Below, piece after piece: positions 25,440-37,147 of a stretch of DNA of 64,000 nt. The DNA is taken from assembly GCA_024137785.1 (NCBI GenBank), contig JAHRHZ010000032.1, positions 3,312,795 to 3,376,794 of the forward strand. Reading direction: 5' to 3'. A model generated the notes under the pieces. That model made no database searches. It saw nothing but the letters and a program-made list of their open reading frames with translations, and was not told where the DNA came from. The translations under genes and the position numbers were made by a program. Source of the stretch: Ginglymostoma cirratum (taxonomy: Eukaryota). Within the stretch, counting starts at the first letter, position 1, and every line of letters begins with the position of its first letter.

Positions 25440-25720
25440 ACAGCAGTGCAGAGCTGGTCACACCTCTCAAAGTCCCAGTTAGCATGGTGCTGACTGAGTG
25501 AGAGCGCTCATTGAACTTAGTCCACTTTCTGCCTCTACTCTGTCATCCTCCCTAGTCTCCCCCAGCCCCCACCCCCTACCCCTGGCTGATTGATACAAAC
25601 TTCTGCAGCGTTTTACTGCAGGGGGCGAGGTTTCAATGCCAATCAAACTCTCCCGTCCAATAGTCACACGGCCAGCAGCCAGTATCCAATGACACGCCAG
25701 CAGAATTCCAAGACAAACAA
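25440..25720 (-). promoter_or_regulatory. Putative TBX15 proximal promoter / 5' leader
   Basis: Three CCAAT boxes (25639-25643, 25657-25661, 25686-25690), a PBX-type TGATTGAT (25587-25594), G-tracts (25559-25582) and a T-box half-site (25458-25465), all in CpG-rich sequence just upstream of the ATG. Confidence 0.65.
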
Positions 25721-26802
25721 CCGCAAGTTTGGACTCTTGGTCGCCAGCAGGCACCTTGATGCTCACCAGCGACTGCACAGTGCCCAGATTTAACCGTTTA
25801 GGAACCATGAGCGCCCTTCTCCCAGGTTTGTGGCTAATTGAAATGAAACTTTTCTGTCTCCCTGCTGTATGTCCCGTGCACTGTTTTAAAAATGATCAGG
25901 AATGTTGGCGGCTGCTGACAAATCCAGTAATAATAAAACCAATAGAAGCATTTTTCTTAAATTTCCTCGCGCATTTCAGACATCAGTAGACAGTGATATT
26001 GAATACCTGTATTCATTTGAAGGATTTCTCCGCATGTTCCACCAGTTCCGTCCCACCGCTACCAAGTGGTTAACTTTCATCTATGGTTCTCTTTCTCTTG
26101 CAATATTGCACTGGAACAGGGGAGCGGACTGGAAAGAGCTACAGCAAAATATTGCCTCAGACAGAAAGCAGAAACTTTTCTGCGTTCCAGAAATATTGAA
26201 GCAGAGCTGTTCAGTTTGCTGTACTTACTCGGCGGGATTTGTGGTTGCTGTCGGGATGAGTCCTGTACTGGTTACAGAAATGACCAAAAAAAATTAAAAG
26301 GTAAAACTAAAGGGAGAAACAGTCAAATCGACAAGCACCGTTCCATTGATTATTCTGTACTGTTAGAAATTTGCAATTTAGGTTTTTTTTTCAGTAGAGT
26401 CAGTTGTTGGTTGGCTGTAGATATTGAGAGCCATACTCGTTTTACTATTCACCATTTTTAATTCATGTAGCCATTACTGAAATCCAATGTGCTCTTGGGA
26501 GACTTATTGACATCAGTGGTTATATTTAACTATATCAAAGTAAATCTGGTTGTATTTAAAACCATGCGTTTAGCACCCTGGTGCTGGCTGCATGTGCCCA
26601 TGGGAATTAGCATAAAGCAGATATTATGATTTTAAAATCTGCAAAAATAAACCCCAAAATGTTTTAAGATAACCTTCGTCGGGAATGTATTGTAACATGT
26701 AGAGATCAAGTCACAAATTACAGACTGCTCTGGAAATACACGCCACTCCCAATGGAATCTGTGCAGAGACAGGTTAATGGTTAAGATGTAGATCTCCCCA
26801 TC

Positions 26803-27156
26803 CTACATACATACATACACTTACATGCGCGCACACTTGCATATACACAGAACTTCCGCGTACGCGCACACTTAAAACTACGCAGGCACGCACAAATTCT
26901 GAAAGCGCACACACACATACACACACTTACATTCACCCACACCAAAGTCTAAACGCCCACGCATACAATTCCTAAAAGATTCACACATGAATACCCGCAA
27001 ATACACACACGTACGCAAAACACACTCATACATAGGCACACACAAAATACATAAGCACACACATACAGAGACGCAAAAGCATACACCAATGCATAAAACT
27101 ACACAAACGCACAAAATTACACACATGCACATTCACATTCAGAAGTACACACAATG
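26803..27156. repeat. Degenerate (CA)n-rich low-complexity tract
   Basis: Imperfect acacac/atacac/acgcac repeats, which generate the spurious H/T-rich and C/V-rich ORFs. Confidence 0.85.
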
Positions 27157-28919
27157 TGTAATCGCAGAACTTTCTCACTGATTTTAAACTTTCATTTATA
27201 AATATGTCTCCTGAAAGTGGAGAGGATGGTAATACCATTGCCCTTTACTTTTTACAATGTTATACAATGACGTAGATGAATCAATGAATCTCACTCGCTG
27301 TTATTCTTGCCGTGATTTAACTAGAGCACTTGTGTTAGGAAATAATTCAGAATAAGATCATAAACCGAGTTTCTCACTATTCAAGTCAACAATTTAAATC
27401 AAGACTAGAGGGGGATGCGTTAATTCCGTATGCGAATACCAGATCCATATATTTGCTTGTTACAATATAAAGTGTAATTCAGGTGCGCACATACCACATC
27501 ATGAATATTTGAATAAAGCCTAGCAGAAACTATTAACATGCATTGGTCTATTCATTTCCGCACTGCCGTTATTCTTTCGCAAATTACAAGTTTAACATGT
27601 TCTGAATTCCAGTTAATATCCAGTAAATAATTTTCTTCCATCCTTACCGGCAAATTGGACGACTCCCACTCTTCCCACATCCAGGATCTTCCCCCACCTC
27701 CTCCCTCCCCATTCCACCGAAAATTGTTGGTGTTACTCTGCAAATATCTTACAGCGTACCGGGAATCAAGAAGAAAAAAAGTCTTAAGAGTACAGAAGGA
27801 AGTTATGCGTTCAGGAAGGGAACGTTTTCCCCTCTGTATATTTAACGAAGTACGCTGTGAGGCAAGTGTTTGTTTCCAATGCTGGCAACTTTTTCTGACT
27901 TCAAAATATTACATTTCAAGCCGCGCAACTTTTATTTTACTAAACTGCCTGCAAGGATAACGTGAATGTCTTTTAGTCTGTTTTCCATTACATTTTACTT
28001 ATACATTGAGTTCAAGACGAAGAAATACCCCCGTGTTTGAATTTCTTAATATTGAAGAGCAGTACCGAGAGAGGCGTTAATACAGATGCTCTTGTGTCTT
28101 CCTTACATTAGCTATATTTTCAGGATAATTAGAAGGACCAGGAAACTAAACTACTTCAACCACGATTCTCTTTCTCATAGATTCAGACAGACAAATGTAA
28201 TTTTTAAATCTGATTTAGGAATTTTAATGCTAACTCTTTCGAGACTTTTGATATGAAATACACTTAGAATAGACGAATACAACTGCCAGCGTTCATAAAG
28301 ACAAGCCATAGAAATTGAGATACAATAAAGGCTAACCGAAGACCTGAAGGTATGGCGTTAGTTATTGTCAAAAACGCAAAAGTCGGATGGCAGTAAACCA
28401 TGAGAGTATAATAGACTGATGTTGTGGTTATGAGTATATTTATAGTCTCGATTTGAAATTTCTCTCCATTAATGGTTGCAAATGTATCGGACGGTTTTAC
28501 AATTCAGTACATCACATTCCGAAGTTGTTGGAAAGCAGTGCTGTCCATGTCTAACACATAGGTATGCTGTCCAAACTTGAATGCTCCTTGTATGTGTGCG
28601 TTTCAATGGCCGGCAAAGGATGACGTTTGTAGTATCAATTAATTAATGTAGAACTATTTAATGACATAAATATTTAGCCATTTCTTTACTTCTATTTTGT
28701 AATAAGAATTAGCTCAGTTTTAGTTGGTTGGTTAGCCATTATCAAACAACAGCTCACTCCCATTAGCATACTGTCAGAATTTTATCACAGATAATAGAGG
28801 TCGGTTGTCCACTATCTGTCTATCTTAAAGACATATCCTGATATGTGACTTTTTTTAACAGGAATTTTTTTAAGTGCTATGACGTATGATTTTAATATTT
28901 AATAATTAATTTATAGGGT

Positions 28920-30140
28920 ATAGGCACTTCTGGTTAAGCCAGCATTTATTGCCCACGCGTAATTACTCTCACCTTCCTGAACTGCTATAAACCCTTGTCA
29001 TGCGCGGACTCTCACAGTGGTATTAGGGAGTGAGTTCAAGGATTTTGACTCAACGACAGTGAAGGAAGGATGATATAGTTTCAATTCAGGATGATGTGTG
29101 GTTTGAAGAGGAACTTGCAGGTGATTGTGTTCACGTGTTTGTTGTCCTTGTCCTTCCAGGTGATAAATGCTGTGGATTTGGAAGATGCTATCTAAGGAGC
29201 CCCTCCTAAATTGTTGCTGTGCACCTTGTAGGTGGCACACACTGCTGCTATTGTTTGTAGGTAGTGAATGTTGAAGGCTGTGCGAGGGTATGTATCAAGT
29301 GGACTGCTTTGTCTTGGATATACTTAAGTTTCTTAAGTGTTGTCGAAGCTGCAGTCAACCAGGCAAGTGGACAGCATTCCAACACATTTCTGACTCGTGC
29401 CTTGTGAACGGTGAACAGACTTTGAAGAGTCAGGACGTAAGTTAATTGCCGCAGAATTTCCAGATTCTAACCTGCTTTTGTAATCACAGTATTTATAAGA
29501 CTAGTCCAGTTCAGTTTCTAGTGAATGGTAACCCAGGACATTGCTGTTGGTGGATTCAGTAATAGTAAAGTGCCATTGAATGTTAAGAGCAACAGTTAGA
29601 TTCTCACTTATCTGACACTTGTGTTGCGTGAATGTTACTTGCTATTAGTCACCCCAAGCCTTGATATTATCCCGGTTTTGCTGAATTTGAACATGGTCTG
29701 CTTCAGTATCTGAGGAGTCGCTAACGGTGTTGAAAATTGTACAATCATAAACGAAAATCCCACTTCTGACCTTACAATAGAGGGAAGGTCATCGATGCAG
29801 CAACTGAAGATATTTGAGCCTAGGACACTATCATGAGGATCTCCTGCAGTGATTTTGTGGAGCTGACATAATCGATCTCCAACAAGGACACCAATTTCCT
29901 TTGCGATAGGCATAACTCAAAACAACAGTTTCTCTGAATCCCATTGAATCAAGTTTAGGCAGCGCTCCTTGATGCCAGACACGGTGAAATGTTACCTTGA
30001 ATGTAAGGGCACTCATTCTCATCTCACTTTTGTCCATGACTGGACATCGGTTGTTATGAGGTCAGAAGACAAGTGTACCTGAAAAAATCTAAACTGGACG
30101 TTAGTGAGCAGGTTATTGTTAAGTGAGTGTCCCTAACATA
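28920..30140 (-). mobile_element. Degenerate CR1-like LINE (RT region to 3' end)
   Basis: ORFs 29831-30037 (TFHRVWHQGALPKL) and 29635-29913 (PHDSVLGSNIFSCCIDDLPSIVRS) are frameshifted RT motifs. Same family as 8380-11435. Confidence 0.82.
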
Positions 30141-30991
30141 CTTCGTGTTATTCGGAACAGAGAAAATTAGGCTAGGTTTACAGGACTTATATCTCCGAAT
30201 TACCTCTGTTTCACCTCACGTGAAGTCACTATCAGTTAGTTCTGTGCCCCCGTCCCTCTAAATAACACATAGTAGATATTGCGGCGGAAATGATGGGATA
30301 TTGCGAATAGCAAACAGTCACAACATTCAATAGGGATGGAGTGGTTAACAGATCACAGAATGAGTTGGCAATCACTGGGTATTTTTTGCATTGATGGTCT
30401 CCTGAATTTATTCTATTTATGCCGCAAAACTCTTGCAAGAACAGAAGATTGTCTTCACTTTAAAATAAAGTTGAAGAGTTTTGTTTTGTTTATGTGGGAG
30501 TGCTGTCACATCTGACGGTGTCAGTTATTAATGACAAGATATGGAGTTAATCCAGCCACTCTCGCCATGGCTACAAAGCTCGAAGGAATTCCTATTGACA
30601 GGAAGGTAACTGGTGTGAGGTGACACTGGACGCAAGGCCGCTTTCTGTGCATGGTGCCTGGCGCCAGGTAAAGTTGATTCAAAACAGTCATGGCTGAAGG
30701 TAGGAAAGTGGGATCTAGATGTGCGTCCAAATGCGATGAGCGCACCATCGTGTCAGATTTCCAACAGCCTTGCGTGATAAGCAATTATTTGGCCAGATAG
30801 TCTATCACATTCTGTTCGCATCCAAAGAAAGAAAGAGGGAAAGTGCGCCAATAAATGCCTCAACAAGGGCCTCCCATAGATCTTCACAAACATAGGCTAC
30901 TTTTGCACTCAGTCATATTGCAATTAAATCAGCTACTTTGGGCAAAACTGGGCTCGTACGAACAGTTCATAAAGCCATTAATTAATTTTGA

Positions 30992-31027
30992 TTTTCTGAT
31001 GAAGGGTTCAGGCCCGAAACGTCAAGT
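30992..31027 (+). ncRNA. Minimal type I hammerhead ribozyme motif
   Basis: CUGAUGA (30996-31002), A, stem II GGGU/GCCC, then GAA-ACGU-C (31016-31023). The palindromic ACGU replaces helix III, as in PLE-associated minimal hammerheads. Confidence 0.65.
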
Positions 31028-31124
31028 TTTCCTGCTCCTATGATGCTGCTTGACCTGCTGTGTTCATCCAGCCCCATGCTTGTTATCTCGGATTCTCCAG
31101 CATCTGCAGTACCTTTTATCTCTG
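30993..31124 (+). mobile_element. Penelope-like short insertion, family A, with TSD
   Basis: Same family as the copies at 1194 and 6483; flanked by the 13-bp direct repeat aattaattttgat (30980-30992, 31125-31137). Confidence 0.78.
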
Positions 31125-31229
31125 AATTAATTTTGATGCTGTCATTGATTGAAGGGGGAATATTAGCCTGGAAAGGTGCGTGGTCTTCAATTGTGCCACT
31201 TATTCATTACCGCTCTTCATACAATGCAA

Positions 31230-31403
31230 GACCAAAAACAAAATTGCTGGAGAGGCTCAGCATGTCAGGCAGTTCTGAGGAAGAGTCACCGGACCCGAAC
31301 GTTAACTCTGTTTTTCTCCTTCACAGATGCTGCCAGACCTGCTGAGCCTTTCCAGCAATTCTGTTTCTGTTCCTGATTTACAGCATCCGCAGTTCTTTCG
31401 GTT
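31230..31403 (+). mobile_element. Penelope-like short insertion, family B, with partial inverted arm and TSD
   Basis: 14-bp TSD ttcatacaatgcaa (31216-31229, 31404-31417). 31242-31272 is an inverted copy of about 31330-31360. Hammerhead-like core agtt-CTGAGGA-agagtcaccggaccc-GAAcgtt-aact at 31271-31307. Confidence 0.75.
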
Positions 31404-34249
31404 TTCATACAATGCAAACTAGTTACAATATTAACTGCGCACCCATTTCTGTTGAGCTCGAAACCAGCCAGAGTATCTGCAGATACAGCCTATTCTGACT
31501 TTTAGTATCTAGAAGCATTGCATTAGACTCCAACCTCGTAGCTTTTTGTTTTCTCTCAGAAAACTTTTTATTCGTCGGAAACCACTTTATTTTCTGTCCT
31601 GTGTTTTGACAATGTTCGGGAGGAGATCATCAAACCAGCAGATAAAAAAATTACTGAGCCAACTTGCAGTCCAAATGATTGTTTTTAATAATTCACAGAA
31701 GCACAGGGTGCAGAAGGAGGCCGATGGTCCATCTTGTCTGTACTGGGTCTCCAAATAAATACCGTCCTTCCTACCCCTCCGCATTGTCGCTGTTATAAAA
31801 TGTAAACAATCGTCTAATACGGCCTGCAATGCCTCGACCGAACCTGCTCCCCACTGTCTTCCAGGCAGTGAGTTTCAGACCTGATGCGCTCATGGCGTAA
31901 CAAAGTTATTTTTCCGCTACATAGCATTTACTTCTTTCGAAAATCGCTTTCGGTCTGCTCCTTCGCGTTTTTGATCGGGTTCAACCAATGGGAACAGTTT
32001 CTCTCCGTCTCCTCTGTTCAGACCCTCGTGAATTGATCCTTCATAATTGGAAGAAGCATGAGCAAAGCAAATTCTCGCCACTTTTCTATTCATCACGTTT
32101 GCTGGCCTACAGCAACAAGGTGCCAGTTTACTTTGGGACTTGCAGATGTCAATTAAAATGTATCCTATATAAAAATCCTCTCGTCCCGGCGTTTTCCAAT
32201 GAACGCTTTCCTGGTAGCGCGTGTTCCTGTTGGAAGTTATAAATTGTTTATTGCAGCTCCGGGTCAGTGAAAAGCCTCAGGCCTGGCATACAATGATCTG
32301 ATTTCTATTTCTGATGATCGTTTTTAACTCACAGCAGTTGCAGAGTAAAGCTACTTGCTTGGGTGCATTTCAACATTGGCGAAGAACCGAGAGCGAAATA
32401 CTGATTTTATAATTCAGTGTTTTAGAGAGAGAGAGGTTGGAATTGATGAAATCAAGGATGGGATTCTTTTAGTCAAGTTATATAGGCCAGACCGTTCTAT
32501 CCAATCAAAGGGAATTTAAAGTCTTTGGCTCAGGTCAAAACGAGCAGAATTACTCAGCAAGTTTATTTGGAACTAAACGGTCCCCTCTCCCTCCCCCTCC
32601 TCTGGATAGAAAGTGGGCCAGGAAAATCCCGTTTCTCCAAACCTTGAAACTCTCTGAATGTACATTAACAGCAGCCCCCAGCCTCCGGGTGAAATGAATG
32701 ACGCGCAGAAAGATCGAAGGAAATTACTGACACTCGTTCAGAAAAGTCTCAGTCTCAGTTTGGCTAGGAACCGCGATCTTAACCCGATTTATACCGGATA
32801 TACCTGGATCTGGATTGGACTAACATCGCTGTATGTTTGTTGGAATGGTCATACCTCCCAAAGTCCGACTGCATCCTCGGATCGGGAATCTGGATACGGC
32901 TTTTTGAACAATGCTATGTGAGGATTTTCTTTTCCTCTGGAGGATTCCCGCTTGCTCAGACGCAGAATGAGTTCTGCACCAACAGAAACACACAAACAGT
33001 ACAAACTGATCCTTCGTTTACAATCTCCGGGTATTCTCTCACCGGTTATCAAATTCAAACCATACACCTCTTACCTTTTTCTTTAATCTGCAGCCGAGTC
33101 AAAACGATAACCCAAAAGTACTGCAAACGCATTTTATCTTGGTAAATTCAACGGTTCTCTGTTTACAACGATGAACTCAGGACTTCAGTCATTAATATTT
33201 AGATTTTTGTTTACAAATGTTTCAGATACATTCAGCCTGATAACTAGCGTCGAAAGCTCAACCCTTGCTAATATTTTCCAGCGTTTTTTTTCCAACTTTA
33301 AAACTAATTGTCGACGCTGTCGTGATGCATTTATTTTGATCGCCCAATGCTCATGTTTGCCATTTACAGTGATCGTCAGTTTAATTCCCCGGAGAAACTT
33401 TGCCCCAGAAGAGAAAACTTATTTTCTGACGCACCAGTTCCTGCCTGATCAACAGAATCGTTGCAACTTTGCCTGCTGACGAACGCAGTTCACAGAAAAT
33501 CCCCCTGACAGAACAGTCCCCACTGTATATATCGGTGTAAGTAGCTTCACTCCATGGCTGGGAACGATTACATCATTAACAGAGAGGCTTAAGGATCAGA
33601 AATCCGGCCAGCTCGTGAATTTCCACCCGTATATCAAAGGATTTTACGCACATTAATTAGATGGCTAACTAGGCTTTATTCGTACATTTTCGTTCTTTTA
33701 ATACCTAACGTTTTTGAATTATTGAACATCAACTATTTTCACCGGGGTGCTTCAGCAGCTTTGCCTCATTTTGTTACACTTTGAAAATTCACTTGGGCTA
33801 GGTCGCAGCCATATTTTAAAAAATGCTCACGACGGTCAGAAATTGTATATATGTTTTTTTCTAAAAAAAAATCCACTCTTTATCTTTCAAAACTAGCAAC
33901 GTGGACATTTTCCTATGGCTATATTTGTTTAAGCACATCTTTTATGAACGTCTAATTGTTCAGTAGAGTTGGCGAGCCTCCATACTAATGGGAATTACAC
34001 AGTATAAATGTATTAGCTTATAACTTTCAACGATATTTTTTTAAAAAGCACATAACATATGCAGGATAGACGAGTTCCTAATCCCAGCTAATTTCTTTGA
34101 GTTTACATCCTCCGATGATTTTTTTCTATATTAACTAAACCATATGAAATAAAAGGAGAAATGAGAATTCCGCCCACAATTTATTTCAGATTTTCCCAGT
34201 CTTTAGCCAATACAGTCAGACAGATTCAGTGTTGCGGGCATATAAATAC

Positions 34250-34700
34250 AATTGACAGTACTACAGGTATACTAAAGTAGTCTTCCATATTACATAAAGT
34301 CTCCATTATTATATACTCATTCAGCCTCCAACACTACAGCTATAGTCTCCAGAATTACAGGTATACTCAGCCTGTCTTTGTTAGTATAGTTATACTCAGT
34401 TTCCAGTATTACGATTATACTTAAATCTGTCTTTTCTATTGCAGATATATAATTACTGAAATCCTGAGACGGTCTCTAGTAAAGGAGACACTCTCGGCAA
34501 GTTGTTACAAATACACACAGACAATCCCATTGCTATGGTTATATTCAGGCAGCCTGTGGTATTACTGTATATCCATGCAGTTTCCATTGTTACAAGTTTG
34601 CTCATGCTGCCTGTAGTGTTATAAGTTGATGAAGGCAGGTAGCAATATTCCACATCTTATTACTGGTATAGCCACAGTCTGAGGCATTAAAAAGATACTA
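34250..34700. repeat. Ancient degenerate minisatellite (unit of about 25-30 bp), left part
   Basis: Recurring variants of cagtctccagtattacaggtatactca. Confidence 0.6.
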
Positions 34701-34759
34701 TTTCAATTTCCATCTCCAAAGAAATAATTGATAATCCTATACCTCTGACTAAAATACAC

Positions 34760-35760
34760 TAACCCACATTTATCTTTGTTGCATTTCATTTGCCAATTAT
34801 TTGCCCATTCTGCAAGTTTATCGATCTCCTCCTGTAATTTGTTGAACTTCCTTCAATGCACACCATTCATTCCCACCCTAACATGTCAGTGTAATCTGTA
34901 ACTTTGAAATTGTATTTGTGATTGCCAAGTCCTAATTGTTAATCTAAATTACGAACGGCTGTGGACCCAGCACCAATCATGACGAAAACACCACCTACCA
35001 CCTTTTGCCACTCTGATTAGTTACCTCACTGTCCGTCTCTGCTTTTTGTCCTTAGGTCAGCTAACAATTCCTTCTGCCACGTGTCCACTCATTCCACATT
35101 CTGGAAACCTGTTCATTAGTCTATTGTGGAGGCAGCTTGTTAAAGGCATTTGGAAAATCTAACTAAATTACATCTGCTAATCATTGTCTACTGTCTTTGT
35201 TACCTCCTCAAAAAAAAATCAAAGTCAAAATTTCCATTTTGAAATTCAGGCTGGTTAATCATTTTTGTATTTCTAATTTCTAGGTGTCCTTCGAGTATTC
35301 TTTAAAAAATGGCTTTGAAAGAAGTCCATTACCACCTTTATCTACTCTTTCTGTCCAAGTCATATCAGGATAGTTGAAATCCCCAGGGATTTTTATTCTA
35401 TGTTTTTCATTCAGTTTTTTTATTTTGTCTCTTTATTTCTTCATCGATGATATAGACTAAATTGACTCATTTGATTGATCCTTTATTTGCTTTTATGTCT
35501 ATGTGGATTCTACTTTTGTTTTGCTGATAATTGTACCCATTTTTCCATCACCAATATGTTATCACAGATAAGTAGTCTAGTACACCTCACCATTTTCCTT
35601 TTTTCTTTCCTAAATAAGTTGCATTCTGTATTGTTTAATTCCCAGTCCTGATTCTAATGTAGCCATGGCTCAGGAAACCCTACTATTCTTGGTTCCTACC
35701 AATGAATGGTTGCTTCCAGTTCCTCAGTTATATTGCGAACATTGTGCACATTACTGTGCA
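34760..35760 (-). mobile_element. Old CR1 LINE fragments
   Basis: Degenerate CR1 RT motifs on the minus strand (+ strand ggacccagcacc, aaaggcatttggaaaatct) and an endonuclease-region motif gttgaaatcccc (GDFN). Confidence 0.55.
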
Positions 35761-36169
35761 CACATTTAACTTAATACTCGTTAGGATTTCCTTTCTCCAT
35801 CTTTAAACATCTCCATTCTTTGTCCTTTTTTTTAGATTCCTGCTGTATTTAGTCACTTGTCATCAATATCCTTTGCTTTATTCTTTCCAATGTTCTCCCT
35901 TTTTTCGTTTACAGCAAGGCTGTTCATATTTCTTGCAGATCCTTCGTCCCATTTTTACTATTTCCCCCCTCGTTTACCTTTTCCTCCAGGATATAAATTC
36001 AGGTGGAGAATGTTTCTGCTCTCAGAACTGATGGCAGCATCCCATGAAAAGGAACCCCTCTCTCCCATATCAGGCTGCTGGCCACATTCTGATTACCTCG
36101 ACCGACTGTGCCTATGCCAATTTTCACGTGCTTTGGGCAATAATCCAGAAATTATTGCAATTGGATCAG

Positions 36170-36562
36170 AACCAGCAGCATAGGTACACCAAGTTTCCAG
36201 TAATGCAGGACCACAAAGGATTACCCAGTGTTGCAGGTAAATTCATCTACATCCGGTATTACAGCTATACGTACACAGTATCCATTATCAAAAGTACGCT
36301 CGGGTAGTTTCAGACTCCTGCGTTACACGTACGCTCCAATAGTGCCCGTATTATATACTCTTGGGTCATCTCCAGTGCTCCAGGTTAGTGTCCAGTCCCA
36401 TGTATATTCAGGAATCCTTACATATGTACTCAGGCAGTTTCCAGTATTACAGGTGTACTCAGTCTCAAGTTGTTTTTACTTGTTGTCAGACAGTGTCCAG
36501 TCTTCCAGGAATGGTATTTTGGCTGCCCCTTGTCAGGGGTATTCACAGTCTGTCTCCTATTA
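36170..36562. repeat. Ancient degenerate minisatellite, right part
   Basis: Same unit as 34250-34700, e.g. gcagtttccagtattacaggtgtactcagtc at about 36434-36464. Confidence 0.6.
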
Positions 36563-37129
36563 ATCCGGCGCTCCGATGGTTAATGCATCTAGAAATACCA
36601 GAGCCGGTGTACGGACCGAAATGATTAATATGCAGCTTGAAAGATTTTCATAACTAGTCCTGAAGGAGGGTCACTGAGTTTCTCCAGGAATTTCTGTTAT
36701 TGTTTGTTTCAGATCTCTAGCGTTCTTTGTCTTATTTCGGAATTATTCTTGATTTCCCTAAAGGCTGTCTCAGAAATAAAAGAAAGTAGAATAAATTCAT
36801 AACAGAATCAAAGCGGTCGAATCCTTTAAAATTCTCAATCACTCCTCGGGAAAGCAACATTTTTTTTTAATTCAGGGAAGTAAATAATTGCAATTACAAG
36901 ATAAACTATTATTATTGTAATGTAATCGAATGAAACTTTTGTTTTGAATAAGACGGACTAGTTACAAATGCTGTACATTACTTTTCAGTAAAGCCCCTAT
37001 GTGACTTTCTTTGGTTCCATTTCCACCGGCTAGGTTTGTAGGTCCCAGTTACTCTGAATGGCCTTCTCCACTGGGTATTTTCAGTGTGTTTTTGTCAAGT
37101 TTGTACACACTGATATATTAAACACGCTG

Positions 37130-37147
37130 TAGTGCCCTCTACTGGCA
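37130..37147 (-). promoter_or_regulatory. CTCF-binding motif
   Basis: Minus strand reads TGCCAGTAGAGGGCACTA, a near-consensus CTCF core (CCAsyAGrkGGCrCTA), in unique sequence. Confidence 0.7.

Larger units (their letters stand above)
21400..28650. promoter_or_regulatory. Broad CpG-retaining domain around TBX15 exon 1
   Basis: CG dinucleotides are visibly much more frequent than in the CpG-depleted flanks (e.g. 14-21 kb, 38-63 kb), and transposons are nearly absent. Estimated by eye. Confidence 0.65.

Noticed and set aside
25474-25494. REST/RE1 site (TCAGCACCATG on the minus strand)
   Set aside because: Only the left half-site matches; the GGACAG half is absent.
25902-26461. Two overlapping 131-aa plus-strand ORFs upstream of TBX15
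   Set aside because: No recognisable domain and non-ATG starts; expected by chance in a CpG-retaining region.
34250-36562. CRISPR-like repeat-spacer array
   Set aside because: Eukaryotic context, highly degenerate tandem units, no constant repeat with unique spacers and no cas genes.
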